Shown one piece after another: positions 57,932 to 64,000 of a stretch of 64,000 nt of DNA. The DNA is taken from NCBI GenBank assembly GCA_904063045.1, contig CAJFCJ010000015.1:992001-1056000 (forward strand), given 5' to 3'. The translations under genes and the position numbers were made by a program. This DNA comes from Dimorphilus gyrociliatus (lineage: Eukaryota > Animalia > Annelida). The notes beneath the pieces were generated by a model. It searched no databases. It was given only the letters and a program-made list of their open reading frames with translations, and was not told the origin of the DNA. Positions within the stretch are counted from its first letter, which is position 1, and each line of letters starts with the position of its first letter.

Positions 57932-59342
57932 TCAAACTTGTGCTTCTTTACTTGATTTCTTCCGACCACTTTGTTTAGACGCAGAAGAGGACATTTGCAA
58001 CTGCCACTGGTTCAATTGCCGTCGTCTGCAGAATATTTTTAATAATTCCTTTCTGAAATTTTTTTAAAAGTAGATATTAGTGTAAAGAAGCAATCTCTAC
58101 TGTAGTCTTTCTATAGTTACCTGAATGCTGATCCTCCCAGACAGTAGAGGAAAAAATTGATACTATGGTTAAACACTGCGAATAAATTAGTTATCCTTAT
58201 AGCAACTAGCCATTTGAAACTTTCTTCTCTTGTTTTATGACTTGTACCATTATTAAAACTTTTTAAGATCCTATCACTATGATAGGTGATAAGATTCGGT
58301 AATCGTATCAGAACAAAAGTTATTGCCACTAAAAGTAGCATAAAGGTAAGTTGGGATTGTTTAGATTTATGATGATTTGTTGAGTTTGTTAAACTTTTCT
58401 TTTGACCTTCTAATCTGCCCATTCTTTCTTTTTTAGCTTTCCTTAAATGAATTAAAATTATAATCGTACAAATGCTCACAATTAAGCTGGGAACAATCAT
58501 CTCAAAAATTCCAAGAACAATTAAACTCCATAATTCGTACATTCTCTTGTCGCTTACCATACATAATGTTAAACTTGTCTCATTATTACTAAATTTAATA
58601 ATATCAATACTAAGAGCTCCTCCAATGCAGATAGTAGTTGTTATAATTGGTCCTATAAGAAGCATGAATTTAGCTACAGTTGGTGTGGATATTGATCCAA
58701 CGTGTAGAGGAACAACAACAGTTAATAGGCGTTCAACAGTTATGCCGACAGTTAACCAGGTAGATGTAAATTTTGACGAGTATCGTAAAAAATATATAAG
58801 CTTACAAGCTATTCTTGATCTATGAGAAAAGTCCACATTTAATAAGAATCCTTGAGAATCCGTATAATTATTCAAATTAGCTAACAGTTCGGCCAAGAGA
58901 AAAAGTATATCAGCAGCGGCTAAAGCCATTAAGTAATGTCCAGTACTAGATTTTCTTAAAGAAGATAGACAAAATACAACTAAAGCAGTGATGTTACAAA
59001 CAACCCCAATAGGAATGATTAAAAATAAAAGGGCACCGAGGTGGATCCAAGTGATAGTTAACGGTGAAGTTTCATTTAGGCTATCGCCTAGAGTTTCTAT
59101 TGGCAAAACATTGAAAAGGTCGGGTTAAAAAACCTTCTACTTAAAAGAGAAATCGAGACAGTAAAAAAGAAAGAAAAAAAGATAAAGAGAGAGAGAGAGA
59201 AAGAAAGAAAGAAAGAAAGAAGTAGTCAACTTAGATATCTCTCTAAAAAAAAAGTCTTAAAAAGTTATATAAAAACAGCAACTGTTATTTAGACATTTAG
59301 TTGAAAATAAGTCAAACTTTGATGCTTACCGTTCCCCGGCAT
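57932..59342 (-). CDS. Class A peptide GPCR (FMRFamide/myosuppressin/sex-peptide-receptor-like), three coding exons
   Basis: GVVCN, YLMALAAADIL, ITVERL, LIRLPN, NHSINFFLYC. The ORF track starts at a TTG. Predicted exons are 59330-59342 (MPGN), 58121-59096 and 57932-58052. Confidence 0.85.
59186..59221. repeat. (GA)n(GAAA)n microsatellite in the peptide GPCR intron 1
   Basis: Seen directly. Confidence 0.85.
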
Positions 59343-60275
59343 GACGAGGCGCGAAGGAGTGAGTGAGGCAGACGAGAAAGAGAGCGCCAAAGTCAGAAAG
59401 TCATTAATTATAGGCGATGCGAAAACGGTCGGATATTGAGTGACAATTTGTTTGCAACGTCTCGACGTTTAATACATTTCCTTAGCTAATGGGACAGACT
59501 ATGTCAACATTGTCTCATTTATGAAATGTTACATATAATGAATATACACTGAATATCAGCATGTCTTACGTATAAGTATACATTTTAAAAGTATACATAA
59601 ATATACCCGCTTCCAACTTCTATATTAGATATAATCTTCCAAATAGGCCAACATATATATATATATATATATAAAACTATTACATGAATTACTAGCTATT
59701 TCACAGCTTTTTATTACACCGTGGTAAGAAGTTCGTAAAGCTTTGTTTCAAGACCTTCTACCAGGCTCTTATCTGACAATAATGAGTTCCTAGTCAAACA
59801 AGTATGCATATGGTGCAATTACCAGCCTATCTGTAAAAATGGTTTATTCCCAGAAAAAATTTATAAATGCAAAAGAAATAGAGCCTATTATTGTTATTAT
59901 TATTATTATATATTATTATTAATATTAATTACGGTAAACTAGTAATGAGATAACAGCAATTTTTTATTATTAAGAGATCGCGAGGATCAATGGCAAAAAT
60001 GTGAACATTTTAGCACAAAAAAAGGAAAGAAATTGCATAACATTTCAAAACAAAAAAAAACTGTCATATAAATCAAATTCTTTCTTTTTAAAACATTTTG
60101 ACAAAATCCAATGTATAATTATACATTCTAAAATTTTTGGCCATATTACACTGATATCTATAACCTATGAAGCCAAAAATAAAACAATATTTTACTCTAT
60201 AAAAACACGGGAATTGATGTATATTTAAACTAATTTAAATTGTGTTATTTGAATTTACGCTCCTATAAAATCGGT

Positions 60276-63200
60276 TTAGTCGTCGTCTTCGTCGTCATCG
60301 TCGTCTTTGTCAACTAGAATCTTCGTCTCTTTCTTCGAAGATCTGTAATTTGTTTAGAAAAGGAAAATAAGATGAAATAGTTATATGACCATAGTCTAAA
60401 TCAATTTCCACGTCTAGTATAAAAAATAAATTTAAGTGGAAAAATCTGTTGTAGTAGGATTAAATGATTAGCTTTCTAACTAAGTTCTAACCCATCTCTT
60501 TCCATAGTTTGCCTAAGTAATTCAATTTTCCTGGTAATTAGTTAGAATAAATAAAAAAAGGAATTTCTTTTACTAAACAACAAAAAAAATAATAGTAACA
60601 GTGCTAATAACGATAACACGATAATAGAAGATATCATATAAGGAATAGAAAAAAGAAATGCACATAGACAGACATACACATTCCCCTCTCATTCGTCTAT
60701 TTAATACTAGTCTAGTAATATCAAACGGAAGTAAAAGGTTAATTAAAATGCACAACCCTCAAACTATCTAACATACAAAAGTAATTACGCGGTTAGATTA
60801 GTTTCTATGGTTGAAAAAGTATAATTTTACGTATAATGCACGATGACTTTTCTAAGAAATGATCTAAGTGTGAAACGAATGAATTTAGGAAATGGAATAG
60901 GGTAGGGGGTAAGGATAGAAGAGTTGAAAAATTGATAGAGGATAGGACCCGGGCAAAATGTGATTACGGTACTAGAAAGTATTTTTTTTTCTATTAACAT
61001 TAAGGCCGATTGTGGTAAATTTTTCTGAGATTTTCTTCTATCGAAAAGTAACTATAAACAGAAAATTTTTCAACGTGCTATTGCGTGCGTTCTAAAGGTC
61101 ATTCCGTTTAAAAGAAGAGAGCAAGACATTCATCCCTACCGCTGATAATCTCTCAGTTTCCACTGTAAAGCTTGAATGCCAATTCTGGCAGTGCGAATCA
61201 ATATTGTAGCAAATATTTAAGGATATGCATATATAAATATATATATATATATGACACACTTATAACAATATGTAAATAAAAACTATACTGATTGCTTACC
61301 TATTTGTAATAAGTCTACGAGTATCTCCCCTATGGCGATTTGTAACACCGTCTTCTTCGTCCATCATACTCTCCAATTGAGCTTGATCGTCTGCATCTAT
61401 AGGTGCTATACTTATATCTCTTACAGCTCTAAATTGACCACAATTATTCAAGTGCTCGTTTTCTAAACGAAAAAAATTCCAAATAAAACGCCTAAAAACT
61501 TCTAGAGACGCCATTATTGATGCTACTATTTCTTTATGAACAAAATTCTGTCCTATTAGAATAACGGCGAGTACCCATTTAAATCGTAACAATCCATCCT
61601 CAATTATGGCAAAATAGTAGTAATACTGTGTAACGTTTAACAATTCGTAGTTAAAATATGGAATAAGTTTACCTTAAAGGGTATACTACCTTTGAAGCAT
61701 AGACAACTTCCTCTCTTAAGTACTTATTTTCGCCTGCATTAGAATCCAGCAAACCCCAATCCATCTTAATATCCCAAGTTAAAGTATAGCATGTACTAAT
61801 GACTTTGGCGATAATAAACAAGTAGAAAAATGCATTGTACTCCTTCGCATGATTGGCTATTTTATGTAATATAGTAAATTATATCAATATTATTACTTAT
61901 GCATCACTTACTCTTATAGGCTTTATTTAAGGTGTCGAATAGAACAACAAAAAATGTTGTCGAATACTTTCCAGCATTAATTATGTGAGGAAAAATCAAC
62001 CTTGTATCCCTGTAACGTCTTAGGCATTGAGCAAAACGAAACCAAGCTGGTAAACAGGCTACTATAGGTCTAACTCCGTAAGATATTGTACCACAAACTG
62101 AGTTATCTAAAAAGAGTTGAAATAACGATAAAGAAAATAAGAAATTTGAGAAAAGTGTTTAAAGCGCTCTACTAGGCGGTTTTAAATTAAGAAAATATTT
62201 CCTACCGTCTACTATTTCTTTTCCTAGCCAATCAACTTGAGCGGTATAGAAGCAAATCATATACTCAAAATCCAATAATACACCATTCAAACTATTTAAT
62301 TGATCTGCAAGCCAGAAATCAGCAAAGCCAACATGATGAAATGGCGCTGTTACTATTCTAAACTGTTAAATTCGATAATCATTTTTAGAATAAATACAGA
62401 ATAATAATAAGCAAATATAAATAACAAACCAAAACTTTAAGTAACCAGAATCTGGCTTTGTAGTAAAATACCCGAAATGGATTGAGTATTAACAATAAAC
62501 ATACTGTTACCAGGGCAAGAGGAGCAACAAACATAGGCAATAAAATATAATGGCTGAATAGAAAGCATAAAACGCTTATCGACCATATAACGGAAAAGAA
62601 GCAGGATACCTTAAAAATTAAAAAAATAAGAGCGATATTATCTTACTTTTGAACAAATTTTTGTAATGAAAAAAAACAAACACAAACTTCTAGTAGTTGC
62701 TGATGGTTTAGATGGTGCCTTGGATCCAGTTCAAAAATTAGTACATGATTTACTCCTGAAGAACGCCATCCATAAGTATTTAAACCCAATAAAAAGCAAC
62801 ACAATATTATAAGAAACGTCCCTCTATAGATATGTAAAGCTGGAACCCAAGAATGGGCAAGAGATTTTGAGTCCACGAAATTAGCTGTCATAATTAATAC
62901 ATAAATATCAATAAATATGTCACCAACAAAGTAGATAAATTTAAAACTAATATAAATATATGCAGTCTATATATGTATATATATATATATATATATATTT
63001 GCCTTATTACTATTCATAACTTACAAAAGTCACAATTAAATGTTGATTGACTGTTATTTCTCTTTTCCATAACAGTAATTGATACTAAAATTTATTTTTT
63101 TTTTATTATTTTATCATACGTTTAACGTAAATATTGTTTTTAATCTCTTAATATACTACTTTTTTTACCGTTGTTTATCGTGCAATAAGCTTTTGTCATG

Positions 63201-64000
63201 TTATAAAAATTTATATAATTCCAATTTATCCTTGCCAATAGAAAACCTATATTAATACTTTATCTTTAGAATACGTTGCTTGATAGTATAAGGAAATAAG
63301 AAAGAATGTCCCTTATTAAAAAAAATAAATTATACTTTACCAGCAATAACAACTGTTATAACCATTACTATAAATGAACCAGCGAAGAGGCCTACTCGAA
63401 AAGTTGTCCATGGATTTTGCTCTTGACCCAATGGTGGAACTCTGAGACGTTTCATGGCCTTCTGACGATTTCCACCTTCCAATTGAGTTGTAAAAACAGA
63501 CTAATAACAAAATAAATGTTAATTGATGCATTATTAGATAATTTTAGTATTTAATCTCTACTTTACCTCTGTTTCCTTTATCAACTGATCCACTTGTTTT
63601 GTTGTGTAAAATGGTGCAGTTTCTACATTTGCAATTCTCCATTTTGCTCCCGATGAAGTTTGCAATTCCTAATATTAAATTAACGTTATTTATAGAAAAA
63701 CTATTCATTTTTCTGTTAATCACTATAACGTACTTTATCAAACTTTTTCAATATTTTACGAAAACCCGTAAAGTTTAATGTTTGATAATTCTGCAGTAGA
63801 ATTAATGACAAGTAAAATTCAGAAAAAGCCAATTTTAAATCATGAATTTTCCTGGCACTAGGCGGTTGTTTAACGAGAGGACGTAACGTTGAGTTTCTTC
63901 TCTTTCTAATTGTAGGAGATTCAATTTGTTCATTCGTTCGAATTGTCAATTCTGATTTCAAGGTTGCAAATTTTCTTGAAGCTTCAGCTAACTTTTCTAA
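60276..64000 (-). CDS. XPR1: XPR1 phosphate exporter (SPX and EXS domains); 5' end lies beyond the right edge
   Basis: SPX: [56 protein letters not shown]: [27 protein letters not shown]. Terminal exon 60276-60342 reads [22 protein letters not shown]. Confidence 0.93.

Noticed and set aside
1741-63741. Many 60-90 aa ORFs in the track (e.g. 1741-, 8017-, 15672+, 23854+, 29109+, 41861+, 48093+, 56064-, 58472+, 60001+)
   Set aside because: They are antisense or off-frame shadows of real exons, or translations of microsatellites and AT-rich DNA, with no motifs.

Overview
AT-rich, gene-dense eukaryotic (metazoan) DNA with very short GT-AG introns (mostly about 50-100 nt). The gene content looks lophotrochozoan, consistent with a compact annelid genome such as Dimorphilus gyrociliatus (inference only). 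I can support 16 protein-coding genes, largely on alternating strands: TEX261 (partial), OGA, a tetraspanin, a prolyl 4-hydroxylase alpha, three class A GPCRs (one GPR135-like), two tandem LicD/fukutin-family transferases, RSL1D1, PARG, COG3, a Tctex1-domain dynein light chain, LHFPL6-like, XPR1 (partial), and one giant gene. The giant gene is the standout: about 25.6 kb on the minus strand (10295-35936). The ORF track shows it as about 30 fragments, but every splice junction I checked joins them in frame. The predicted product is a type I membrane protein of roughly 7,000+ aa: signal peptide, about 45-50 tandem FAMeT-like (Methyltransf_FA) repeats broken by Pro-rich hinges, a Thr-rich mucin stalk, one TM helix, and a cytoplasmic FxNPxY motif like that of LDL-receptor-family proteins. 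It looks like an undescribed giant endocytic receptor. Non-coding highlights are several CTCF-like motifs, including an identical 18-bp copy on each side of the LHFPL6 gene, and four tight head-to-head gene pairs. No tRNA, rRNA, CRISPR array or intact mobile element was recognised. All calls come from reading the sequence; no database search was run.
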